A stretch of 33,256 bases of DNA. Origin: Nemertoderma westbladi (lineage: Eukaryota; Animalia; Xenacoelomorpha). Under the pieces are notes generated by a model. It was not told where the DNA came from. It searched no databases and worked only from the letters and a program-made list of their open reading frames with translations. Of the stretch, positions 1-10,393 are shown piece after piece (the stretch's first letter is position 1; the number at the start of each line of letters is the position of its first letter). Both the position numbers and the translations under genes were made by a program. Location: assembly GCA_032718475.1 (NCBI GenBank), contig JAUCBJ010001985.1:1-33256 (forward strand), read 5' to 3'.

Positions 1-146
1 GCCGCTGCCTCTGCCCCTGCCGCTGCCGCTTTTGCCTCTGCCGCTGCCTCTGCCGCTGCCGCTTTTGCCTCTGCCGCTGCCTCTGCCGCTGCCGCTTTTC
101 TTTCTGCTTCTGCAGCTGCCACTGCTGCTGCTACTGCCGCTGCCTT
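1..146 (-). repeat. Coding low-complexity repeat (KAAAAEAAAEA units), predicted alpha-helical
   Basis: GCCGCTGCCTCT and GCCGCTTTT units on + read as Ala/Glu/Lys repeats in the minus-strand ORF frame. Confidence 0.85.
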
Positions 147-1319
147 TCTGTCTTCTATACGTTTTTTCTTTACTTGTTCTTCTTGGACTCGTGTCAGGCG
201 GAGTTGTTCATCAAATTTAGCCTGATTCGCAGCCCTCATTTCCACATCGATGGCATCCAACACAAGCTTGGTTCCTTCGCTATTAGGGCTAAGTCCATCT
301 AACCTTCTCCTCAACTCGTCATCACCTAAAAAACGCTGATAGTCTGACAGATAGATGTCAATGGCATCTCTCTTATGTGGTTTCTCTGCCGTCGCTTCAC
401 TTTCCACTTGGGAAAAAGTGGCGTCTGTTGATTCTCCATGGGTTGATCGCTCCTCCAGCTGAGCTTTCCACTGAGCTGTTCCTTGAACCTGGAGATTCAC
501 CCTTTGAAACCAAGTCTTTACGGCGACTTGCAACGACGTGTCTTGTCTTCGTTTAGAAGCTTCCTCAAAGGCTGATAAGATTAGCCTGATTCGTAGAATT
601 CTTTCTCTAACTTGATAAAGCAGCAATCCCTGCTCTTGAGGTCCTTGAGGTTGTTGAAACAGTTGTTCTTTTAATCGCTCTATAGAGCTGAAGAATCCCT
701 GTGCGTATCCGGCTGCGGACCTCTTCCACACAGCTGGATCGATGGTTTCCTTGGCTACTCCCATCCGGTGTATGTCTTCCCAGGCAGCTTCTGATAAATC
801 AAACGGGAGTCCGGGTCCGGGGAAGTTCCATTGCGACTCGACAATAGACTTCAGTTCTTCACTCGTGTATCCCGCATAACTATCTCTAGTTGACCGTTGA
901 CTTCTCGCCCAATCGATCTGGTGTTCTTCCACCGCGATCAATAACCTAGTGAGTACGGCTGCAGGAAGGATGAGAAGGGGATCCGTATAAACCGCATCCG
1001 TCATCTCTGCTCCGCGCTCGGGTGTCAGCTCTACAGTATCCTCACTACTGGAGCTGCTGGGCCGCTGAGGAATAAGTTCTTGACTAGCGGGTTGTTGCTG
1101 GTCCGCTGCTTCTTGGTCCCGCTTGACCTGAGCTCGGGTGCCTATGATAGACCTACGATGTTGGACTAGCCTAGGTTCTGTTATTACTACTGGAGGGATG
1201 ACCTTCCTCACAGTGGGAGGTGAACTGAACTTACGACCAGACGGTTGTACGTCTCTATCTGAGTCGCAGATAGTTACATCTAATAAACTGTCTGACAGGT
1301 TCTGCTTAGTATCAGACAT
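1..1319 (-). CDS. Intronless ORF of at least 439 codons running off the left edge; unknown protein, possibly retroelement Gag/ORF1-like
   Basis: Manual translation from ATG at 1319-1317 (MSDTKQNLSDSLLDV...WNFPGPGLPFDLSEAAWEDIHRMG...RKAAAVAAAVAAAEAERKAAAAEAAAEAK) shows no stop down to base 1. The ORF track probably omits it because no stop codon lies in the window. The retroelement call is inference from context only. Confidence 0.7.
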   Translation of the reverse strand, partial: MSDTKQNLSDSLLDVTICDSDRDVQPSGRKFSSPPTVRKVIPPVVITEPRLVQHRRSIIGTRAQVKRDQEAADQQQPASQELIPQRPSSSSSEDTVELTPERGAEMTDAVYTDPLLILPAAVLTRLLIAVEEHQIDWARSQRSTRDSYAGYTSEELKSIVESQWNFPGPGLPFDLSEAAWEDIHRMGVAKETIDPAVWKRSAAGYAQGFFSSIERLKEQLFQQPQGPQEQGLLLYQVRERILRIRLILSAFEEASKRRQDTSLQVAVKTWFQRVNLQVQGTAQWKAQLEERSTHGESTDATFSQVESEATAEKPHKRDAIDIYLSDYQRFLGDDELRRRLDGLSPNSEGTKLVLDAIDVEMRAANQAKFDEQLRLTRVQEEQVKKKRIEDRKAAAVAAAVAAAEAERKAAAAEAAAEAKAAAAEAAAEAKAAAAGAEAA

Positions 1320-1407
1320 GACTATGTATACCGTTGAATGTCTACTGCTGTATTACAGTCTGAGTAAGTCTAGTAACTCAGTATTAACTACTAGCCTAGT
1401 AATTAAT

Positions 1408-1690
1408 TACCGGTACTGCTACTCAGTGTAGCGTGATATATAATATATTAGAATACCGGTATGCTTATAGTATATATAAGTATTATTACAGACTAGGTCT
1501 ATCTCAGAATACCGGTATAATTTTAGCACAAATATATATAAATATATAATAGGCCTATCGGGAATACCGGTATACAGCTTACAATTTGTAGTATATATAA
1601 TTCTGGACTAGAATTAATTACAAGTACCGGTATAATTTCAGCCTAAATTTACAGAAATAAAGATAATAGGCCTATCGTAAATACCGGTAT
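1408..1690. repeat. Degenerate tandem array, ~56-bp period, with TACCGGTA core
   Basis: TACCGGTA at 1408, 1454, 1510, 1565, 1625 and 1682; alternate units share AATAGGCCTATCG or TATAATTTYAGC. Confidence 0.7.
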
Positions 1691-2627
1691 ATCAATTATT
1701 TTAAATAATTGAATTTCTGAACTTTAGGGTTACTTTGTTACTTTACTTACTTTATTACCGTTATTTGAACAGTAGTCCAACTGATATTGAGACCTAATTG
1801 TTGTATGGCAGGCCTACTATTTATAAATCGTTTGAGTTGATTTATAATATATATATACCCGTTTTAATGGGTTTTGTCAATGTTTGAAATAAATGTTATT
1901 ATTTCTGGGGGGTAATCACTACACAAAGCGGTGCGCTTTCAATGAAGTGTTACTTATGAGACACTAAAACAAATAATACTAATTTACCTAAGTTACTTAA
2001 TACTACAAATTACGTACAATTCGGGTGAGATTACAATCTCTAAATAAACACAAAAATTTACAAAAAACACAAAATACGAATTTTTAGGGTAATTTTACAA
2101 GAAGTCTACTAACCAGCCTAACAAAGGGTTAGAAATCTGGTTATTACAACGGACAGGGTACTACGGTATTTGAAATAATAAGTAGTAGTAAATACACTGC
2201 GTTGTCCAGATAGGAAAATACCACCGCCTGACGACCTATAGCCGTATCGCTATAGGTTCTACGTTATGTATCACGGAGTGTTCCTACCTAGAAGTTAATA
2301 GAGCTAATCGAACGTGCCTATCAACCACTTTACAACACAAATATAATGTCTACACTAATTACTTCGGAAAGTACTGTACACTAAACCCTAAATTAGGTAC
2401 GAGTACTTGTACAACAGATAATCAGTAGTTAAATATACTTGAACAGCTAAAAGAACCACGGCATCTGCTGGAGTGACCGATGCACAAAATCACCAGTCTT
2501 TACCTACGCCAAGCAGCCCGTGTAGTACCGAGGTTAATTTAACTATAGCGGTATGTATAACAAACACAATTACTGTAGGAACAAACTTGGGGAATGAATG
2601 TTGCGGATAATCGCATAAACTCTGAAT

Positions 2628-3200
2628 AATAAATATTACGCTACGCGTACAAACTACTCAAACAAAATGCAGACCGAACACTGACAGACTACTATCAAGC
2701 CTAAACAAACTACAGGTACATGCAGACTCCGAAATGATTAGGGAGTATGCGCTCTAACCCAGTAGTGCGACTTATTCTTTAGTTGGGGGTTTACCTTACC
2801 GCGTTCGCTGCCCCTACTTCCTAACCGTACTTAATCGGACAAGTGATCTACACACGCTGCAATCCGTTCAGACCTAATAACAGCCAGACAACTATCCAGC
2901 CTACAAATTATCTAAATAAAATTATACGCTACCCGTACAGACTTACACAAACAAAGTACAGACTAAACGATGGCAGACTACTCTCAAGCCTAAATAAACT
3001 ACAGGACATGCAGACTCCGAAATGATTAGGGAGTATGCGCTCTAACCCAGTAGTGCGACTTATTCTTTAGTTGGGGGTTTACCTTACAGCGTTCGCTGCC
3101 CCTACTTCCTAACCGTACTTAATCGGACAGGTGATCTACACACACTGCAATCCGTTCAGACTTAACAGCAATCAGACAACAGCTCAGCCTACAAATTGTC
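2628..3200. repeat. Tandem duplication, period 288 bp, with near-identical 155-bp core
   Basis: 2719-2873 and 3007-3161 differ at 3 positions; the flanking parts of the units are visibly more diverged. Confidence 0.95.
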
Positions 3201-4707
3201 TGTACAATCTGATCAGGCTTACACGCCTTCTGTTCAATACTGGCCTACAAACAAATAAAACTTGACAGAAATAAGTAAAAATCTCAATAAAAAACCAGGG
3301 CGGGCCCTCCCTGATTAATTATTAAGGCCTACCGGTATATAATTATCAAAATCGAATAATACTGCTGTACCTGTACTGCTGTAGGTACCGGTCCGGGTGG
3401 TTAGGTAGTCAGGCCTACTGGGTACCGGTTGCCGGTACTTCAGCTTTATTGCCTACTGCAATACAGAAGCTATATCCTTTAATGTTCGCGCTTTCAGACC
3501 TTTGGCAGTTTAACCCGCCAAATTAGGATGTCTTCTAGATATTAAATCGCTTTTTAGCCTATGACAAATATTTGATTCACTACACTAGTCGAAACCAATC
3601 TGTGCGCGATCATTCACCCGCTGGATATTCCCGGGAGATTGGGTTCGACGGTTTAATTTTATTGCTATGTAAGCCTAATGTATTATTCGACTGACAGTAT
3701 TATATAATCTCTGACAATATTATTCACCTTCGGGGAATATTAACAGTTCCTTTAGGACGTGGCGCTTTAGCTATATAAACAGAGTTATGACTTAAACTAC
3801 TCACAACGATATGGCTTAATTATAATTCACATATATGGCGCATTCTTTAGGAATTGCTTCTTTAACAGACTCACTCATACACAATGCTGCACAATACTGC
3901 ACACTAATCTGCCAATCTTCACTGATTTTAGTCACATATAAAAGGAACACAGACTGACTCATGTAGGGTCTATCAAATAACATTAGATTCACTTCAAACC
4001 ACTTTAACATAAGTCACAATCGTTATTGGTAACCTTTCTCTCTTACCTTCGGTATATCAAGAATATTGGGTTTTCGGGGTTATTTCTCGTTATTCCAATA
4101 TAATAATTCATCAACAAATATAATGAATAACCGACAACAAATAGCAGTATACAGTATCGATTGAGCAGGTAATTTTAGCAGTTTCAGCAGTTATTAAAAG
4201 CCGTGTGTCAGATAACACAGAACAGTGATTCCATGAGTTTGATCGGTATGTCAGTTAAAGGATATATGCCCTTATAATTAAACCTACTAGTGTAAGACTA
4301 AAAACTGAAAACACGGAGGTGCCAAAAGCCGGTTCTTAGGCTCTGGGCAAAAACATAACACTGAACTACTGAGTTTCTGTATATACCTCCAACACAGAGA
4401 CAACAAACGCTCTGATTGGTCAACCTGAACAACGAGAGAACAAAGAAACAAAGAAACGTCGACGTGGCAATATCAGCTGCTAGCCGTCGTCATGGTAGCG
4501 ACACTGTTTTCAAAGTATCCAGCTATTGCGTCACGAGATTGTGGATTATGTCCTCTAAAGTACAAATACAGTACAAATACATAAGAAATGACTTTTATGT
4601 CCTCTAAAACACCAGTACAGCAAGGACACGGCCTTTTTATGCCTGGCAAACCAACTACAGAGTACTTTAAGGGAAAATAACCGGCTAATTACGCAAAAGC
4701 TTTTACA

Positions 4708-4904
4708 AAACCCTTCCACTCTATCTCCTAAAGGAATGCCTGTTCACCACCATGGGTGATCTTCCACAGTAAACCCTTCCACTGTTTCCTAAAGGAATGC
4801 CTGTTCACCACCATGGGTGATCTTGCACAGTAAACCCTTCCACTCGGTTTCCTAAAGGAGTGCCTGTTCACCACCATGGTTGATCACCCCTCCACTCTGT
4901 TTCC
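4708..4904. repeat. ~62-bp tandem repeat, 3 copies plus a partial; possibly the body of the adjacent SINE
   Basis: AAACCCTTCCACT...CCTAAAGGAATGCCTGTTCACCACCATGGGTGATC units start at 4708, 4771 and 4832. Confidence 0.9.
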
Positions 4905-4971
4905 CAAGTTGCCTTGTTCCCATTTATCGACCACTGAAGGCTGCAGCATTTAAATCACTGTGCCCAAGCAG

Positions 4972-5308
4972 TGCTGTCCCCTCTAGGGATCGAACCAGGG
5001 CTTCCTAATTGGAAGCCCAGGAATGTCCAGATAGGGGGGGGGGGGGGGGAAACTGGACGCAATAAAAATTCATCCCACTCCAGGGGAAATTGGACGCAAA
5101 TAACAGATAATTACTCTCAAAAATAAAACTGTAACCTGTTCTATTGTGTTTAGTTTATTGTTTTGGTTGAAATATCGTGCCACTGTAACCTGCTCCTTTC
5201 CCTAAATTTAGAATTTAACAATGAGGCGGGATATTAATTCGCCCAGGCGGGTTTTGCGTCCAGTTTCCCCCCCTTTCTCGGAATGTCACCACTACACCAA
5301 GCGGCTGC
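4972..5308 (-). mobile_element. tRNA-Gly(TCC)-derived SINE head or tRNA pseudogene, interrupted by a MITE
   Basis: Removing the MITE and one TSD gives GCCGCTTGGTGTAGTGGTGACATTCCTGGGCTTCCAATTAGGAAGCCCTGGTTCGATCCCTAGAGGGGACA. It has an A box (TGGTGTAGTGG), a CTTCCAA anticodon loop and a B box (GGTTCGATCCC). The acceptor stem is degenerate. Confidence 0.7.
5028..5279. mobile_element. Non-autonomous TIR element (hAT-like MITE)
   Basis: TIRs CAGATAG(n)AAACTGGACGCAA and TTGCGTCCAGTTTC(n)TTTCTC; perfect 8-bp TSD GGAATGTC at 5020-5027 and 5280-5287. Confidence 0.85.
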
Positions 5309-6067
5309 TTGGCATGATCCTATTAAGATCCTATTAGGAACCAAGGAACATTTAGAAAATCACTTGGATTTGGCCTATTGTAAATCTGCAGTACCTAGTT
5401 TGTCAAAACCTAAATATCAAAGCTTAGATGTGTCTGTCAATAAACCTCCCGTGATAGCCGAATATAGTAAGGGAGCGCAGTAATTTAACCCTAACCCTAA
5501 GTAAGTCATAAGGCTCTAATCTAATAAATTTTGTAGAATTTCGGACTTCTTGCTATTGGCCCGAAGGTCAATAGTGATGGGGTTTGGACCGCCACTTTTG
5601 TAACCTGCGAGGGCCACGAGAATCGTGAAAAAGTGGCGCAACTAGTGTTATATCCCCTCTGGCGACTGCAATGAGGTTGCCAACATTCGGGTGGGGATCT
5701 GGGTACAGTATAAATAAAATGTTTATTTCGTTTCGTTTGGTTAAAATAATAAATAAAAGCCGGCAGGAAATCTGAATATTAACACGGTAACTAAAAACAA
5801 GGACAAGTAAAACGACACGTTCGTGGGGCCTTCGCGCAGCACGAGGCCCAATTATTAGATACAAATTAAAATTGAGCGACTGTATCACAAAATCAGGTTT
5901 TGAGAAATTTACCCACACCACCAATCAATTAAAGAAAGGGAGACAGTACGTCTTCACCCCTTTTAATCCCCCCCCCCCCCCCCCCACCCTTCCCAACCAC
6001 CAATACATAACCGGGACATCTACCACCCACGGAAGGGTAGCACGAACTTATTTCCAATCGCACGTTA

Positions 6068-6357
6068 AATATGCAAAGCCAGGTGGTTTATAGGAATATA
6101 ATAAACGCAGTACTCGTTTTCATTATAAGCCTCTTTGCGTTCGTCCTGTTTTGTATTTAAATATATTTCTTAAACGCAGGCTAGGACGATCTTTATAATA
6201 ATAATAACTAGGGATGCGATCAATATGTGAAGCAGGTGGTTTATATAATAATTTAGTCAACGCAGTACTCGTCTTCATTATATGCCTCGTTGCGCTCGTC
6301 GCTTGTCCTGTTTTGTCATAAAATATTTTTCCTAAACGCAGACTGACGATCTTTATA
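6068..6357. repeat. Diverged ~155-bp tandem duplication
   Basis: CAGGTGGTTTATA...AACGCAGTACTCGT...GTCCTGTTTTGT...TAAACGCAG...GACGATCTTTATA occurs twice. Confidence 0.85.
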
Positions 6358-7194
6358 CAGTTATAACTATGCGAAGTTTCGAAACTGTGCGAGTAACTGT
6401 TGATACATCTATGTGGAGATGTGTGATATGTGGAGATGTGTGATACAACGCCAACGCATCTTATGCCGATGTAGTAATATGGGTATTGAAATAATATTAA
6501 ATCAATGTACACTCTTAAAGCTGCAGCGAAAAAATGTAGCTAATTTCCTAGGTTACATATAAAATAATAATATTATTTTTAAGAACATTAATTTTACTAC
6601 TTTGCAAAAATTCAATTAAAAAATAACCAGACATATACTGTACATTGTGGAATAAACTATTTCAGAAGCCTACAACAGCCATGCCATCGATGGTATTTAT
6701 GTTATTATATCTGTCATTTACCTGAGATAGCAATACAACACTTATAGTAGAGTCAATACAGGAAGGATGTTGGGATGTTGAATTTAAAGAATGCTGTCTG
6801 GGCTGGAATAGCAATACTGGTTGCCTATTACAATTCCTCTCTGGTTAGTCTACAGCCACAACTCCAAGCCAGCTAGCTCCACACCAGCAGAGACTTGACC
6901 AATAATCATTCCCAGCAACTAGCTGCCTTACACACACATCCTTCCATCGTACCAGCATGTTAGCCAATAAATGAGCAGTATTTAATGAGAATCAATTTTT
7001 TATGACGTTTTAATTACTTTAGATCAATTAAAGACACAATTATTAAAGCAAATCACTTGAACTAATTAAAAACTATAATAGAATTGCGTTTGTGGATTAC
7101 ATCTGTATAATTTTTAAGTATAATTATTTAAATCTTATACTGTAAAACAATTAATTTCCTTTAAAAGGCAGGTTGAAAATGGTGTTTTTACCGT

Positions 7195-7395
7195 AATCAA
7201 CTTAATTAACTAATTAACTGCTATTATCTTAGCTTCTCGAAGGCCACACGGAAATTCTACTTGGAGAATTTCTAAACTTTTGCCAAACAACATGTGTACC
7301 AAGTTTGGATAGATTTCATCAAAGATTGGCCGAGTTATTAACGTTTAAAATTGAACACGACAGGCTCACTCACTTCGTGGCTCGCCCCACAATGA
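7195..7395 (+). mobile_element. Possible Helitron/Helentron-type non-autonomous repeat fragment
   Basis: Contains TGTGTACCAAGTTTGG and a GC-rich terminal GGCTCACTCACTTCGTGGCTCGCCC, which recall such elements. Recognition only; no ends verified. Confidence 0.3.
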
Positions 7396-8599
7396 CAACT
7401 GCAAACATTTCAATGGCAAGTGAATACATAGGCAACGGGCGCACCAGTATTTATACACAAACCACTACATAGGGAAAGTACAGGCTGGGCTGTTAATTAA
7501 TAAGTAGGCCAATAGGATGTAGGCAATATATGGTACTACCCTGGAGGAGGTGGAGGACAACAGCAACAGAATTAGCACGCCTAACTAGAGGTGGGGCTGG
7601 GGGTATAAGGTCATGTCTTCAGAATCACCTTGGGACATGTTTTTTCGATGTATTAGGGCATATGGGCATAATATTCACAAAAAATTTGAAATATTAGTCC
7701 AAATTCATCAGCAGCAAGCAAAAAAACTGAGCGGTACCCACAATGCGGTCGAGCGGTATTGGATTTGAGAATTTTGCTTGTATACCAACTTCTTTATGGT
7801 CGTATTGACTTATTTTGATCTCATTTGAATCGCAATGTTCGATTTAGTGGGGGTAGATGTCATCTTTATGTCATTAAACACTATATTTCTTAAAATATGG
7901 GTTATTTACCATACAATTTTCATTTTTATTTTGTTTCAATTGGCATCAGATCTTATCAGTAGCACTGCAATGCATTATAAAATTGTATTTTTTGTTTATT
8001 TATAATTTTTTTGTGTATTTTAAGTACCGGTATATTTATTTATTTTTTTGTTTCTTTCTTGTGTTTTATTATTTTTATTTAATTTCAATATCATAATATA
8101 ATATTATATAACATTCCATTTAATAAATCCTATTTCAGATCAGTATTTCGCTGAAGAATTTGTAAATATCACTTGCATTCGTGAAATTTCATCTGTCGAT
8201 TGTGGGCTGAATCCAACTCTCCTATAACTGCACAGGTCAAGATCTGATATTGATACACATTAGGCCTACTGTATGGATGTCAGTCATCTGGAAAACGGTA
8301 TTTCGAGAATGTACCAGGATTCATCCTTCCTCAGTGCTCGACTACATATATATTGATTATCGCTTAGTTGTTCTTTATAGTACTGTACCCTATGTACCAT
8401 ACTTTCTTGCCTTTTATAGCCTATCCCAGATTGTGGCACACATGCTATTTTATTGGTACGTACAGATCTGATTGACTACTTATTCATAATGATTGTATGG
8501 GTGGATGGATGTCTTGGACAGTGATAGCATTGTTACTTATTCTCTGGAAAATATCATCGTTAAGAAGGAAGTTTGATTTTTTCTCTGTTGCTTCTATCT

Positions 8600-9760
8600 A
8601 CTGTAGAAGCAATGTGGCTCTCATCTGATAATAAGACAACCGGATTCTCAACCATATCCTCATGGGAAATCTTCATGAGCCAAAACAAATCTGGTCTGGC
8701 AATTACATCATACTTATGAGAACGTTTGGAAAAAGGCTTTAAATGCGGATTTTAATTCTGAATTGATTCATGCTCATCAAGTGAGGTGCATGGTCCATAT
8801 TTTACAATCATAAAGAAGCTTCATACAATAGTGTAATCATTGCGAGTGAGTGTGTAATCCTGTAAGTGAGATGCTATGCCTATTTTATTTAGAAGCCTCT
8901 GTTTCTCGAGAGCTTTTTGGATTTGAGACAATTTATCCTCCCTTTCACATGGATCGAACTTGCCGATAAATTCTTTTAACAATGCCTTTTACAGCCTGAT
9001 ATACTGTAAAACCATATCAGTGCGAATACCCTTAGCAGTGAACTTGGCAGTGTAAAATTATGCATATGCTGCCAAGTGACTTAATTTGGCAAGATCCCTT
9101 TCAGCTTCAATATTATGAGTTGGAATTTCTTTCAGATCTTCAGGATCAATCCTAAACAATTCAGTCAGTCAGTAGCTCATGGTTTCTCCCCTGCCTCTTT
9201 GGAAAATCCATATTCTCGACTACACTGAAGATGAATTACCTCAGCTGCATGAAGGCACATGTTATGCGTAATGGCGTAATTGGGGATATCTCATAGGAAT
9301 ATGTTTATATATTTCTACATTCTGCCAGGGTCTTAGTTTTACAAGCCTTGAGATCACTGCAATGTTTAGGTAGTATCTCAAGAAGTTTGTCTTGGCCAGA
9401 TTGTTCAACACAGTTAAGGAATGTAGTGTAAAGAATGCAACTAATGCAAGGGTTTGGAGCTCTGTAAGGAAAAACTCACAGGTGATATATATATAGATTA
9501 CATACATCCACAAGTAAGTTTGTCTTGTATGTCTCTTGGAGAAGCATCTGCAGCAATGGATGGCATGTGAAGAAGAGAGGCTGAGACATAGCCAAGCTTT
9601 GTGAAGCGTCGTTCATGTCATATGTCTTCCTTGGCCATCACGTTCTACAATAAGGTCAGAATTGGCTGAGTTGTCATGAGTGACAAGTTTAAGCAAGGCA
9701 TAAATGCCAGTAATCACTAAAGCTTTTGTTGCTCCTAAAGAAAAACCTCAAAGATGGATT
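8600..9760 (-). pseudogene. Decayed transposase-like coding remnant inside the long-TIR element
   Basis: Frameshifted protein-like blocks: ERRFTKLGY, TCEFFLTELQTLA, MCLHAAEVIHLQCSREYGF, IPTHNIEAERDLAKLSHL, KFTAKGIRTDMVL, GPCTSLDE, RPDLF. Many stops. Confidence 0.6.
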
Positions 9761-9948
9761 TATTGCCTCTAACCTATCTCTTAACTTTACAGAAAACTCA
9801 AGCTGAGATAATACAGTACTGGTAATATTTAAATTTTCCAATCCTTCCAGAGGAATTTTCTGAATCTAATGACATCTCAAATGCCCATATAAAATGGCTT
9901 TTTAAAATTAATTTATTTTTAAGTCAGAAGTATAGCAAAAATAACATA

Positions 9949-10393
9949 CTATTACTAGGATCGGCATGCTGCATTGCAGCTGCATTTTTAAGAATGCTGT
10001 GCCGGCTTGTCGACAAAATTGCGCCGCCACAACTCCCTATCACCCATGAGATTTGCTAGATTATCCGCATCTTCAAGGCCAGTGTCCTTTAAGATGCGTC
10101 TCAAGAATTTCATGGGCAGTCCACCATGCTTATTCACTCCATGAGGCTGCTAAACCACAAGATTATGCACTGGCTGGTCCTCACAGCGAAAGCAATCTCC
10201 TGCAAAGCGGAGGCAACTTTGTTCTAGTGTCAAGCTTAGGGGAACCAATGAGACACCTCCAATGTTATATAGTGTCTGGTTGGAGATGTGTGCATTTTAC
10301 TTGCCACAATGAACCCGCGGCGTAGCATTCTTGTGAATGTGCCATCCAGAGATTTGGTGTCCTCAGCAGTTAGAGCCCAGCATGGACTCCCAT
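9949..10393 (-). mobile_element. 5'-truncated RTE-type LINE 3' end nested in the long-TIR element
   Basis: YGSPCWALTAEDTKSLDGTFTRMLR; homologous to 28310-28723; TAG-type tail; 11-bp TSD AAAATAACATA at 9938-9948 and 10394-10404. Confidence 0.85.

Noticed and set aside
32-220. Plus-strand Pro/Leu-rich ORF
   Set aside because: It is the antisense shadow of the Ala/Glu/Lys repeat in the long minus-strand ORF.
1408-1690. CRISPR-like repeat-spacer array
   Set aside because: The core is only 8-11 bp, the spacers are related to each other, there are no cas genes and the context is eukaryotic.
2228-2260. Hammerhead ribozyme (CTGACGA followed by a 9-bp stem)
   Set aside because: The stem is followed by TCTAC rather than GAAA, so the core is incomplete.
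2736-2880. HDV-like ribozyme in the duplicated core (GATTAGG/CTTAATC as P1, TTCC loop, GG)
   Set aside because: No P2 partner strand is found downstream, so the double pseudoknot cannot close.
3300-4620. LTR and primer-binding site for the left-edge element
   Set aside because: No convincing tRNA-complementary PBS or TG...CA boundary, and no second LTR in the window.
5160-5187. RAG recombination-signal-like reading of the shared module (TACAGTG-N12/13-ACCAAAAC on the minus strand)
   Set aside because: It lacks the essential CAC, is internal rather than terminal, and no RAG/Transib coding sequence is present; probably coincidence.
5486-5500. Interstitial telomeric repeat TAACCCTAACCCTAA
   Set aside because: Only about 2.5 units; such short runs are common inside small repeats.
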